DNA of 64,000 nucleotides, from sequence record NC_061445.1. The stretch is one strand, 5' to 3'. Each line of letters begins with the position of its first letter. Position 1 is the stretch's first letter. Made by a program: the position numbers and the translations under genes. Shown in pieces: positions 9,306 through 18,468 of this stretch. Below the pieces are notes generated by a model. It was not told the origin of the DNA and did no database searches. It saw only the letters and a list, made by a program, of their open reading frames with translations.

Positions 9306-10982
9306 TTACTGACTCAGCGTTGTGGAGGTGCTGCCTGTCGGGTTGATGTTGAAGCGATAGATCAGACGCTTGGTTGTACGCGTCGGGTCCAGCACGATAT
9401 CCAGAATCAGATCGCCGTTAGCGATAGTCTGGTTCGTGTTGTTTGTATCGTCACACACTACGACATAGCCCTGAGAGCCAGAGCTACCACTGCGCAGACC
9501 GCGAGCCAGTTTGATTTCTTCGAGGAACTTCTCAACGATTCCTTTGAGGAAACCGCGAAGAATATCATCGTTCGGATCAAACAGGCCGACTTTGCACGTT
9601 CTCTGGCAGACTTCGAGGACGTAGCCTACCATACGCTGGATCTGAATCTGCTGGAATGCAGAGTTCATATTGTACTGAGTGCTCGCTTCCCACACAGCGT
9701 AACCGCCACCCATGATAGCAGGCAGTTTACGAATGTAGTTCACTTGCTCACGCGTCATCGCATCACGGTCATCCTGATCGTACTTCTGAGCGATCTCTAA
9801 GATGTTCAGTGGGCTTGACGCAGTAATACCAGCAGGTGCAAACCAGCTACCACGGTTGTTGTCCGTGTACGCAAACACAGCACAGATCTGACCTACACAC
9901 GCAGTCCACAGGTAGCGACCGGTATCTTCATCGAAGATTTTAATGTCAGGCGTATACAGTGCCATGTTGCTATCGTTGACGTTCAGAGTCTGACGACGGT
10001 AGCGAATCGCTTTCGACACAGACTGCTCGGCAGATGGAACGCCGCAGATAACGAAGCAGTTGATGTGCGGTGCAGCAGCAGCTTTCATACCACGATGCAC
10101 GATGTAATCCTGAGTAGGACTAATCAGCAACGTTACACGCACTTCTTCCGGGTCACCGAAGTATTCCTGATACGCAGCAGCGATCTGGTCGGAACCAACA
10201 ACGTCACCATCAGAGCCACCTTGGAAGAAGATGAAGTCAGACGTGAAGAAGTCAATATCCGTAGTGAAGTACGGGTTGCGAATGAAACGGAAGTTGGAGC
10301 TTTCGTTTTCCATCGCGTGATCGATACGATACTGACGCTCGAACTCATCGGCGTAATCGAACAGGCTGCACTGGTAAGAGTTTACCGGGTTGCTGCCAGC
10401 TTGATAGTTCTCGTATTCGTCGATATAGAACAGTTTCGTGTTATATGACTTACGGTCATCGAATGGGTCAAGGCCGCGTGGCGTAGCAGGACGAATCTGC
10501 AATGCCATTTGGTTGTTCCAGTCGCCTGGGTTTTCCAGAATAACGTAACCGAGGATGTTGTCGTTCAACGGGTCAGTAGGCAGGAAGCCCAGCTGATCAG
10601 GAGAATCAACACCAACAACGTCGCCGTTATCATCGGTGTAAGGGGTAATGCGCACTACTGGTTGTACAGCAGACGCGTCATCGACAGTAACCACACCGAC
10701 CGCGTATTTTGCGTTCTTAGTGATACGGACGTATTTGAGCTGATTGGTCTGTTCTGACACAGGCAGCGCAAGGTACAAGCCGAGGCCATACTTGGGATCT
10801 TTTGCTCCGAAGATGTTTTTCAAATCATCTTTATTACGCACATCAACACGCTGGTTAACAGGACCGCGACGCGCCTGACCAACAATGCCTACTACTGCCG
10901 TAGATAAAGACGTTGCACCAACGGAGAGATCCCGTTTGCCAGTATAAACACCAGCAGAGGAATGCGTTGAGTTAACGGGCAT
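9306..10982 (-). CDS. Contractile tail sheath protein (558 aa; start corrected to MPVNST)
   Basis: AAGGAG RBS before ATG 10982; N-terminal GVY/GIVGQARRGP, SWFAPAG, QRMVGYV, FDPNDDILR and GDLILDIVLDP motifs typical of sheath proteins. Confidence 0.88.
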   Translation of the reverse strand: MPVNSTHSSAGVYTGKRDLSVGATSLSTAVVGIVGQARRGPVNQRVDVRNKDDLKNIFGAKDPKYGLGLYLALPVSEQTNQLKYVRITKNAKYAVGVVTVDDASAVQPVVRITPYTDDNGDVVGVDSPDQLGFLPTDPLNDNILGYVILENPGDWNNQMALQIRPATPRGLDPFDDRKSYNTKLFYIDEYENYQAGSNPVNSYQCSLFDYADEFERQYRIDHAMENESSNFRFIRNPYFTTDIDFFTSDFIFFQGGSDGDVVGSDQIAAAYQEYFGDPEEVRVTLLISPTQDYIVHRGMKAAAAPHINCFVICGVPSAEQSVSKAIRYRRQTLNVNDSNMALYTPDIKIFDEDTGRYLWTACVGQICAVFAYTDNNRGSWFAPAGITASSPLNILEIAQKYDQDDRDAMTREQVNYIRKLPAIMGGGYAVWEASTQYNMNSAFQQIQIQRMVGYVLEVCQRTCKVGLFDPNDDILRGFLKGIVEKFLEEIKLARGLRSGSSGSQGYVVVCDDTNNTNQTIANGDLILDIVLDPTRTTKRLIYRFNINPTGSTSTTLSQ

Positions 10983-11008
10983 GATTTGTCTCCTTATATG
11001 ACTGTGTG

Positions 11009-11015
11009 AAATTAT
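11009..11015 (-). promoter_or_regulatory. Class-L motif variant ATAATTT upstream of tail sheath
   Basis: Intergenic, 27 nt upstream of ATG, between terminator and gene. Confidence 0.5.
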
Positions 11016-11036
11016 CGTATAAGCGACAAGAAATGC

Positions 11037-11063
11037 AAAAGGGGCAGCCGAAGCCACCCCTTT
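11037..11063 (-). terminator. Repeated-family terminator GGGGTGGC-TTCG-GCTGCCCC-TTTT
   Basis: Hairpin plus U-tract directly after the stop of the DHH gene. Confidence 0.85.
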
Positions 11064-11065
11064 GT

Positions 11066-12121
11066 TTAGCAATCACAACCCACTGAATCAAAATCAAGTT
11101 TCAGGCCAGGATAGAGTTCATTGAACTCCGACAGCGCAACGTTGAAACCAGCAGCGTTAACGTGACCGTCACCACCTTGTGCGCGAGCAATGGCGCGAGC
11201 ACTACCTGCATCACCATCTGAGTAACCACGAGAGCGACAGCTAACGTAAACACGATCTGGGTCACGATGACCTTTACGCACTAACAGCACTGTCTGGAAG
11301 TGATGGTAGTTTTCGTAGACGTATGTGCCTGTTTCAGACGCGATACCCTTGTCGCACGGAACAACAGCGTGTTTCACCGGAACCAGATGATTGGGTTCAG
11401 AGAAGTAGCTGTTATCTGCGATCATCTGGCGAATCTTTTCGTCACGGATTTCAATGTTCTTGAATCCCTGCTCGATGATTTCTTCAACATTACCAGTCAG
11501 GATGATCTTGTGTGCAGCGCGAACGGTAGGAGGCATTTCAGTGTAGATATGACCACACTTCTCAACCTCTTTGAATACCGTGTCAACGTAACCTTCGTAG
11601 AATGCGAACGCACGTTTGTTTGTGCGAATCCACAGGTCACGGTCAGACACCAGCTGGGCGATGCGAATGATGTTGTCAGTGCAAGCGTACTGGTGTTGCT
11701 GGAAGTCAGACACATGCGCCATGTACGCAAGCAACGCACCACTGCCACCAGCGGCAAACGTTAACTGACTCGGGCTGACGTCAAGGGCAGCACACTCTTT
11801 CGCGTACAGAGCAGCATCGCGGCAGTCATGGTGGTCAAGCACCTTGAAGTTACCGTGATAGCGACTGGTGAACAGTGCCATTTGACGCTCGGATAAAGAG
11901 AAGTCAACTACAACAACGCGTTTATACAGCGCATCTTTACCGCCTTCGAGTCCGGGGATGTCTTCGATTCGGACATAATCAGCGGTAACTATATCCCCTT
12001 GGTCTTGTGCATAGACGGCAGGGAGGAAGTGGATCGTATCGTTGGGATACGCAAGTGCTGTAATGGCAGCGGCGAAACTACCATCAGCACATCCTTGATG
12101 ATAAACAACAAGTGTAGTCAT
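11066..12121 (-). CDS. DHH/DHHA1-family phosphoesterase (351 aa)
   Basis: YHQGCADG, VVVDFS, LDHH, D.DLW and C-terminal GDGHVNAAGF motifs. Confidence 0.85.
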   Translation of the reverse strand: MTTLVVYHQGCADGSFAAAITALAYPNDTIHFLPAVYAQDQGDIVTADYVRIEDIPGLEGGKDALYKRVVVVDFSLSERQMALFTSRYHGNFKVLDHHDCRDAALYAKECAALDVSPSQLTFAAGGSGALLAYMAHVSDFQQHQYACTDNIIRIAQLVSDRDLWIRTNKRAFAFYEGYVDTVFKEVEKCGHIYTEMPPTVRAAHKIILTGNVEEIIEQGFKNIEIRDEKIRQMIADNSYFSEPNHLVPVKHAVVPCDKGIASETGTYVYENYHHFQTVLLVRKGHRDPDRVYVSCRSRGYSDGDAGSARAIARAQGGDGHVNAAGFNVALSEFNELYPGLKLDFDSVGCDC

Positions 12122-12123
12122 GA

Positions 12124-12993
12124 CTAAACCCAGTGGTTATTAGAATTGTTTCCAGATTGGGCACCACGCGCATGAGCGATCATTTGGCGTAGCCCCTCCA
12201 ACGTCTGCTCCAGAGTCACTCGGTAGTTCTCGTCGGCAACGGTCTCACCGTAATGGAAAGCCATAGTGAATAGCTGCCACTCGTTTGATTGGCGCAAGGC
12301 TTGCATCTTACGGTAGAGGTTTTCACGGCGCTCACGAGCACGTAACAGGCGCTGAATTAAATTAAGAGGTTCGTGAGATTTTGCACACAATTCGATATGA
12401 ATTAGGTCAAGACCTTCGTAGTCCAGACGAGCAACAGCCTGCTTTGCATTCAGGAACAACTCACGGCGGCGAAGCTGTTCATCGTCGGACAGATTGCGGC
12501 ATTTATCAGGATGCGTCATACGCGCGATTGCTTTGTAGATCGCCTTGCATTTACGAATAAGTTCAGCGCGGGACCAGCGTTCGTGCTCTGCCTGTGTATC
12601 GGCATCAGCTTCGTTATCACGCGTTTCGTGGTCAGTGTCTTCCTGCTCGAAGTTATCGTCCAGCAGCTTCTGCAAATCTTCCGCATTGGCCTTATCTTCA
12701 AGGTCATCGGACTCTGCCATGTTGATGAGCAACGCTTGCAGTTCTGCGTTAGCTCGCTCAATCTCCATGATTAGAGGTTTGTTGTTTTTGTTCAGCTTGT
12801 CAACGATTTTGGTAACACGCTCGCAGTCAGCACTGTAGCGCAGTTCAAGCGCCGCTACTTCTTCCAGGATTTCTTCGAGTGTCTCACCGCCCTCAGATTC
12901 AAGGGCTTCAAACTCGGCTTCTTCGTCAAATGCGACATCCGAGATGATCAGTGCGGTTTGTTGAGGGATAACCATCAACTGAGTATTTGTCAT
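12124..12993 (-). CDS. Coiled-coil protein with J-domain-like (HPD) module (289 aa)
   Basis: KAIYKAIARMTHPDK helix-HPD signature after an acidic coiled coil. Confidence 0.7.
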   Translation of the reverse strand: MTNTQLMVIPQQTALIISDVAFDEEAEFEALESEGGETLEEILEEVAALELRYSADCERVTKIVDKLNKNNKPLIMEIERANAELQALLINMAESDDLEDKANAEDLQKLLDDNFEQEDTDHETRDNEADADTQAEHERWSRAELIRKCKAIYKAIARMTHPDKCRNLSDDEQLRRRELFLNAKQAVARLDYEGLDLIHIELCAKSHEPLNLIQRLLRARERRENLYRKMQALRQSNEWQLFTMAFHYGETVADENYRVTLEQTLEGLRQMIAHARGAQSGNNSNNHWV

Positions 12994-13184
12994 GGGCGAG
13001 TCAGCTCCGAAAGTGGTTTAGCTACCAGCTCTGCAATGCGCTGCGGGCACTGTGGGTTGCGCTTCAAGTTCTTGTGCAACCAATGCAAGTTGTTACCTGA
13101 CGCAGACACCTCAGCACGGAAGCTAGGCAGTTTAAGTGCGTCACGATGTTCGGCCAACAGTGCATTCAGTTCATTCAGTAACAT
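12990..13184 (-). CDS. Hypothetical protein (64 aa)
   Basis: Fits the operon packing (4-nt overlap); AAGG RBS. Confidence 0.6.
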   Translation of the reverse strand: MLLNELNALLAEHRDALKLPSFRAEVSASGNNLHWLHKNLKRNPQCPQRIAELVAKPLSELTRP

Positions 13185-13193
13185 TGTTTTTCC

Positions 13194-13814
13194 TTAAAGA
13201 GAAGAAGTCATGAGTTCGAGAACGTTTGAAACTACATGCGCAGGACCGATTGAAATTCCAGTGTGCGCTTGCAGATGAATACGTTTGGTGAAAAGCTCTA
13301 ACGGGTCAGGACCGCCACCAGTAACTACGATGCGAGGTATCTTAGGGAACATCTCAAGGATATCACGCAGTCGTTCAATCTTATAGCTTGTGCTGTCCAT
13401 CGTTACGTTGGTCAACACTAACAATGACGGTCGCTTGCTTTTGAGTTGTTCGTAGTCGAAGCGATCACCATACAGCGTTACCCAGCGAGGCTTGAGTGCA
13501 GTTGCCTCGCTGTCCTCTACAGCAGCATTGAAGATATTCAGCGCTGCCATTTTCGCACGGTAGTCATTCGGAAAACTACTAATCACCGTAATGCGTGGGT
13601 CCATTGCGAATGGGTTTGTAATCATCTTGGCTAAGTGTTGAAGTTGTTTTGTCTTCGAGAACACTCGGCCTTTAAAGTAAGGAGACAGCGGCTTATAGTC
13701 CTGCGCTGCCTCTACTACGTCGAAGGTTTCACGTTTGCCAAACAGCAGCTGGGGGTCTACACCAAGCGTCTGCATTTGCTTTGCCGCAGCAGGTTCAAAA
13801 TCGAATGTTAACAC
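13194..13814 (-). CDS. Hypothetical protein (206 aa), alpha/beta fold, possibly a degenerate P-loop/loader-like domain
   Basis: GTG start with GGAGGG RBS; alternating strand/helix pattern (RITVISS, SLLVLTN, RIVVTGG); no intact Walker A. Confidence 0.55.
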   Translation of the reverse strand: MLTFDFEPAAAKQMQTLGVDPQLLFGKRETFDVVEAAQDYKPLSPYFKGRVFSKTKQLQHLAKMITNPFAMDPRITVISSFPNDYRAKMAALNIFNAAVEDSEATALKPRWVTLYGDRFDYEQLKSKRPSLLVLTNVTMDSTSYKIERLRDILEMFPKIPRIVVTGGGPDPLELFTKRIHLQAHTGISIGPAHVVSNVLELMTSSL

Positions 13815-13831
13815 AATACCCTCCGTTATTC

Positions 13832-14170
13832 TTATTGGGTATTTACAGAAGCCAGAACTTCTTGTACTACCTTAAATTTGACTTCCATGCGCTTAAAATC
13901 AGGCAAAGAGCGATGCCCATATCCTGGGTACAGTTCAGCGAATTTCGAATCGACAGATTGTGGGACGATCTCGGCCTGAATAGACTCAAACAAGACTACG
14001 TTCGGTAAATGGAGAACACCAGCAACGACAAAATCCTCAATCACAGGTTTAGCCTTAGAGTCGCGTTCGTAGCGCTTGCACATATTGTTCATGTGCGCTT
14101 CGATAGCATCGACAACTCTGCGAGCCAAAACATCTGGCAGATTAAGATCATAGACAGTCGAATATTGCAT
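13832..14170 (-). CDS. Hypothetical protein (112 aa)
   Basis: AGGAG RBS; operon packing. Confidence 0.7.
   Translation of the reverse strand: MQYSTVYDLNLPDVLARRVVDAIEAHMNNMCKRYERDSKAKPVIEDFVVAGVLHLPNVVLFESIQAEIVPQSVDSKFAELYPGYGHRSLPDFKRMEVKFKVVQEVLASVNTQ
13840..13848 (-). promoter_or_regulatory. Class-M motif CTGTAAATA
   Basis: Exact copy 26 nt upstream of the 13814 start. Confidence 0.6.
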
Positions 14171-14186
14171 GGTGTTCTCCTAGTTA

Positions 14187-14555
14187 TTACATCAGTGGCA
14201 TTTGCGGATCGACATACGTGTATTCAAACACGATGTTCCAACCAGATGCAGTTTGTTTGTTTTCGTGGAAGCGGAATCCATAGAACATCAGAATACCGCG
14301 ATGACCAGCAAGCGTAGGCTCGTACTCAGTGTAAGCTGTTTCGAGTTTCATCTTGGCTGCGATGCTTTCTGACCAGGCATCGAAATCGAACGGACCCTCA
14401 GGAACTTCCCAAGAGACTGTATGCTTAGGCCAGTGAGAGGCTTGCATGTCAGTGTCTTTAGAAATCCAGTCAAGGTGATTCAGGTCCATGTGATACGCGA
14501 CAGCGCGAGGGATGCCGTGCTCGGTCATGTAACGCTGCAATTGATCAAGACGCAT
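14187..14555 (-). CDS. Hypothetical protein (122 aa)
   Basis: AAGGA RBS; operon packing. Confidence 0.7.
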   Translation of the reverse strand: MRLDQLQRYMTEHGIPRAVAYHMDLNHLDWISKDTDMQASHWPKHTVSWEVPEGPFDFDAWSESIAAKMKLETAYTEYEPTLAGHRGILMFYGFRFHENKQTASGWNIVFEYTYVDPQMPLM

Positions 14556-14892
14556 TGCATGTTTCCTTAATGTTGCGTGGGAATGCAGTCACATTGATGA
14601 GCGTTGTGTCTGCTTGGTGTTCGTGCGGCATACTTTCATGCGACACAATCCAAACATTTGTCACTTCAAGTTTGTTGCGCAGTGCAAGCAACAGGTGAGA
14701 AGCAATCGAAATAGGATGGACATAGTTGGACACAGTGATAGAGACAGCAACTGCCTCAGCCTCATGTGTCTTTTCTTTTCCATCCCATAGTTCAACGCTC
14801 ATGGACTGACGGGCGGCCTCACTCTTTAGCGTGTCCATATCGAGAGTGTGGTGTAAACGCTCTTTCATTTTAAACTCCGTATAGTCTGACAA
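14545..14892 (-). CDS. Hypothetical protein (115 aa, TTG start uncertain)
   Basis: Fills the gap between neighbours; start codon uncertain. Confidence 0.55.
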   Translation of the reverse strand: MSDYTEFKMKERLHHTLDMDTLKSEAARQSMSVELWDGKEKTHEAEAVAVSITVSNYVHPISIASHLLLALRNKLEVTNVWIVSHESMPHEHQADTTLINVTAFPRNIKETCNAS

Positions 14893-14908
14893 AGAGACAG
14901 TCTATAAA

Positions 14909-15400
14909 TTAGAGAGCGAGACCCTTCAGGAGCAGACGGGCAGCAGCCGTGAACTGTTTCTTTTTCAGATCAGGCAACTTGTTGTAACGGTCGATGATGT
15001 CAGCAAGACCGATATCGTTTTCATCATCGATCACGTTTTCTTCATCGTCCACATAGCGACCTTCTTGACCAGCAACACCAGTATCACCCTTCTGCCAGTT
15101 AGCTTTAGTAACAGTCAACAGGAAGCTGCCACGGCATTCTTCTTTATGGCCGCCGATAGTGACAGGCAAACGAACCATAGTGTGAGTGAGGTCTGCAATG
15201 CGCTGCACAGCAACGCCATCAGGATAGGAGGCAAACACATTAGACAGATCGATATCTGCCATATTGCCCGGCGCAGGTGACTTAAGGACGAAATTCACAC
15301 GGAATGTTTCGCCGCCATTAACATCATACTGTCCGTCCATGAGGACTTTCTCATTAGCACGGAGCGTATTGACAACAACTGTCTGAACAGGATCAAACAT
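14909..15400 (-). CDS. Hypothetical protein (163 aa)
   Basis: GAGG RBS; operon packing. Confidence 0.7.
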   Translation of the reverse strand: MFDPVQTVVVNTLRANEKVLMDGQYDVNGGETFRVNFVLKSPAPGNMADIDLSNVFASYPDGVAVQRIADLTHTMVRLPVTIGGHKEECRGSFLLTVTKANWQKGDTGVAGQEGRYVDDEENVIDDENDIGLADIIDRYNKLPDLKKKQFTAAARLLLKGLAL

Positions 15401-15402
15401 GA

Positions 15403-15885
15403 TTACTTCCTCAGGTAGTCCGCCAGCATAGCAATGTGATTGCTAATCATTTTCTTCTGGTCAGGGGTGAGTTGACTGTACGGCGGCAGGTCAGGATAGA
15501 CGCCCTGCATAGCCAGATAGGTTGTCTGTATGTCTGCCTCTGGGCGCTTGCCGACACAGAACACACAGTCTTTGAATATATACGAAGGCGGGCAACCGAA
15601 TGGCGCTTCGATAACTTCAACCCTATCGCAAGACACGAGCATCAAGCAGTTACCGAAAGTTTTGATCACGTCTTTCAGCCCAACAACTTTCAGCTTCTCG
15701 TAAGTAGCATCAATCAAGCTGGTGGCTGCACCCTCGATAGAAACGTTAACTGTCACGTCAAGTGTTGCTGTAGCAGCACCAAGAACAGATTGGTTAACGA
15801 GGACGATGCCCTCCTCCGTGAGGGCACGACGCAGTATAGCTTCGAAGCCACTCTGCGGTTTAGGTTTTACTTCATGAAGATTCAT
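15403..15885 (-). CDS. Hypothetical protein (160 aa)
   Basis: TGATG coupling to the helicase stop. Confidence 0.7.
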   Translation of the reverse strand: MNLHEVKPKPQSGFEAILRRALTEEGIVLVNQSVLGAATATLDVTVNVSIEGAATSLIDATYEKLKVVGLKDVIKTFGNCLMLVSCDRVEVIEAPFGCPPSYIFKDCVFCVGKRPEADIQTTYLAMQGVYPDLPPYSQLTPDQKKMISNHIAMLADYLRK

Positions 15886-17486
15886 CAGAATCGCCTCATG
15901 CCTAAGTTAGAAGGCTGGCCTTTGACTTTCGCTTCCGGTTCGAAGTAGTCAGGCAGCTCACTATCAAGCGCCTCACTTCTCGACACAACTCCCATCCAGT
16001 CACGCAGTTTCTTCGGTGTACGCTTCGCTTTCGCATACCCGAACTTCCAGCACATCTTGAGAACGGAACGAGCACACTGCATCGAGCGATCCATCTTCGG
16101 ATCAATGAACATACGAATAACAGGTGTGCGCTTGTTTTCCATCGGCGTCAGAATACGACACGATTCCTGTTTCCAGTTCGGTTCGTTATTCATCGGCATG
16201 ATGTAGTACAGCGTGTCCCACTTAGGAACGTTCAGGCCGCGCTGCATCAGCTTGCGCATACCCACAACGCAGCGTATCTTACCTGCTCGCGCTGCATCAA
16301 TGATAGGCTTACGCTTCTTCGCTTCTTTCGCACCGCCAAGGAACACAGCAGCAACTTCATCCATGTAATGCTCATTGATACGCTGCACAAGACGTCTGGC
16401 CTGATCAGTGAACATGATTGGGATTGCGATACTTCGACCAGCATCGAGGTCTTTGATAATCCATTCAAAGATCTTATCGTTACGGTCTGGATGGTTCGCA
16501 AGGAACTTACAGAATCGCACCCAACCACTTTTGTTGTTATAGTTCGCTTTCGACTGCACTCGGTTCGAAGTCTTATGCAACGTTACTTTCGGCACAAGCT
16601 CCTCAACGAACGCTTCGGCAATCACAGGCCCGAAGATAGATTCAATCAGGTAGTGACGACCGTCTTTACGCTTCGGTGTTGCAGTCAGACCAAAACGATA
16701 CTTCATTTTGAGCGATGCCAGTACGCGGCTATAACAGCTTGCGTTACCAGCATGACACTCATCGACGAACAGCGTACCGTAGTTCTCGTTCAGCAACTTG
16801 AGTCGCTTCTTCGAGTTCTTACTGTCAGAGATCAGAGACTGATAGGTCACGAGGATAATCTGGAAGTTTTTATAATCGTCCAGAGTCTTCGGGAACCCGT
16901 ACAGCTTCTTACCGTGCTTCTCTTCCAGCTCAGGCAAGTTCGTCATCGCTTCGATAGTCTCTAAGAAACCATCAAGGAAGTCTTTCTGGTCTGCCATAAT
17001 GACAGTGCGGAAACCAGAGTGACATGCACCAGCAGTACCGATAACAGTCTTACCAGAACGAGGCGGTGCTTTGAATACACCACACAGTTCGCCGAACATC
17101 TTCTCGAACGGTTCTTCCTGATACTCACGCAGCTTACCAGTGAACTTCACTTTATAATCATACGGCACACGGCTCGTACCGTTGACGAACTTCACTTCTT
17201 TCAGGCTTAGCCCTGCTGTCTTTTCGAAGCGGTGCATCTCACCATACGGGATTGACACATAACGCTTACCCTTAATCTCAGAGTATTTGGCCAGCACGGT
17301 TATATCAAGCAGACCGCCCTTAGAACATTGACGACATTCTTCGGACGGTCGTATAGAACGATACTCACAGTTCTTGCACACGGCATTTTCGAACTCATAG
17401 TGAGTCATCTTCTTGATGATGTTGTCAGCGTCTACAACCTTAACTGGAATGTGCAGACGGCTATCGACCAATACTTTGGCAGTCAC
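15885..17486 (-). CDS. SF2 DNA helicase, UvsW-like (533 aa)
   Basis: APPRSGKT (I), FVDECH (II), GLTATP (III), QRGLNVP (V); N-terminal CxxC...CxxC. Confidence 0.88.
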   Translation of the reverse strand: MTAKVLVDSRLHIPVKVVDADNIIKKMTHYEFENAVCKNCEYRSIRPSEECRQCSKGGLLDITVLAKYSEIKGKRYVSIPYGEMHRFEKTAGLSLKEVKFVNGTSRVPYDYKVKFTGKLREYQEEPFEKMFGELCGVFKAPPRSGKTVIGTAGACHSGFRTVIMADQKDFLDGFLETIEAMTNLPELEEKHGKKLYGFPKTLDDYKNFQIILVTYQSLISDSKNSKKRLKLLNENYGTLFVDECHAGNASCYSRVLASLKMKYRFGLTATPKRKDGRHYLIESIFGPVIAEAFVEELVPKVTLHKTSNRVQSKANYNNKSGWVRFCKFLANHPDRNDKIFEWIIKDLDAGRSIAIPIMFTDQARRLVQRINEHYMDEVAAVFLGGAKEAKKRKPIIDAARAGKIRCVVGMRKLMQRGLNVPKWDTLYYIMPMNNEPNWKQESCRILTPMENKRTPVIRMFIDPKMDRSMQCARSVLKMCWKFGYAKAKRTPKKLRDWMGVVSRSEALDSELPDYFEPEAKVKGQPSNLGMRRF

Positions 17487-17488
17487 AT

Positions 17489-18034
17489 CTATTTCCTTGA
17501 GTTCGGGAGACCGTATTCACGCTGATTGATAAGGCTCATCGTATCAACGAGTGCGCGGTAAGCAAACCCACACTTGTCAATGTCCTTGATATACAGGTCA
17601 AGCTCTTCCTTGAGCATCCCCAGCTGATCAGCGTAACGATAATACTCGGCCATAATGTTTCTGACACAGCGCTCACGTTCTTTCGCAGCGCCGACGGCTT
17701 TCAGATCTTTCGCATACGTGACCGAGGCGTAGTCCTGAAATCTCTCCAGCATATCATTTAACAGTTTTGAGGCTGTATGGATGTGCGTCAGGATCTCAGT
17801 CATACGGCTTCGGTACGATTGATCTTGAATTATCGACTCTGCAACCTTGTTCAGAGAGTTAGGGTCAGAGACATTGAGCGTTCTGACCTTACGCATCTTG
17901 AACAGCTTACGCGCTTCATCCTGCAACTCTGCCAAAGGCTGCTGGAAGATATCGTTGGTCTTATAGATATCGCGTAGCTTTTTGTAGCGCTTGTCGTTCT
18001 TGACCTTTAATCGGATTCGCTTTAGGTCGTCCAT
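17489..18034 (-). CDS. All-helical protein (181 aa), possible UvsY-like recombination mediator
   Basis: Adjacent to the UvsW-like helicase; C-terminal LYIKDIDKCGFAYRALVD resembles the UvsY C-terminus as I recall it. Confidence 0.4.
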   Translation of the reverse strand: MDDLKRIRLKVKNDKRYKKLRDIYKTNDIFQQPLAELQDEARKLFKMRKVRTLNVSDPNSLNKVAESIIQDQSYRSRMTEILTHIHTASKLLNDMLERFQDYASVTYAKDLKAVGAAKERERCVRNIMAEYYRYADQLGMLKEELDLYIKDIDKCGFAYRALVDTMSLINQREYGLPNSRK

Positions 18035-18468
18035 TAATCACCTTTATCAGTTACAAGCAGAGGGCTATCTGGCGTCTTGTTTGGCATTGCAAAGAAACTG
18101 CCGTGGTTGTCTTGATAGATCAACAGACCGCCAGAAGGACCTTCAATAGGGCAGGTGAAGTTGAATAACTTTTCGAGTGGCGGCATATAGCCTACAGACA
18201 CATCGTTAAACGTACACCACTTCGCGGAGATTTCAAGCAACGAACCAACGACTGTATCGGCAAGACGCAGATACGATTGCTTGAAGTGATAGCCGTGTTC
18301 GATTGGTGCGACGCTATCAATCTCAAGCGAGTCACCATACACAGCTTTATAAATCAGACAGAAACGACGACGCCCACGCGGGGCATTAGGTATTTCATAC
18401 AGTACATCATGTATGAGTGATGAAACGTCCCCAACGAGGACGTTTTTCTTTACTACCAGATCGATCAT
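18034..18468 (-). CDS. Hypothetical protein (144 aa)
   Basis: Translationally coupled to neighbours. Confidence 0.65.
   Translation of the reverse strand: MIDLVVKKNVLVGDVSSLIHDVLYEIPNAPRGRRRFCLIYKAVYGDSLEIDSVAPIEHGYHFKQSYLRLADTVVGSLLEISAKWCTFNDVSVGYMPPLEKLFNFTCPIEGPSGGLLIYQDNHGSFFAMPNKTPDSPLLVTDKGD

Noticed and set aside
14906-14912. CTAATTT upstream of 14892
   Set aside because: Overlaps a TAA stop codon and is only 14 nt from an uncertain TTG start; could be coincidental
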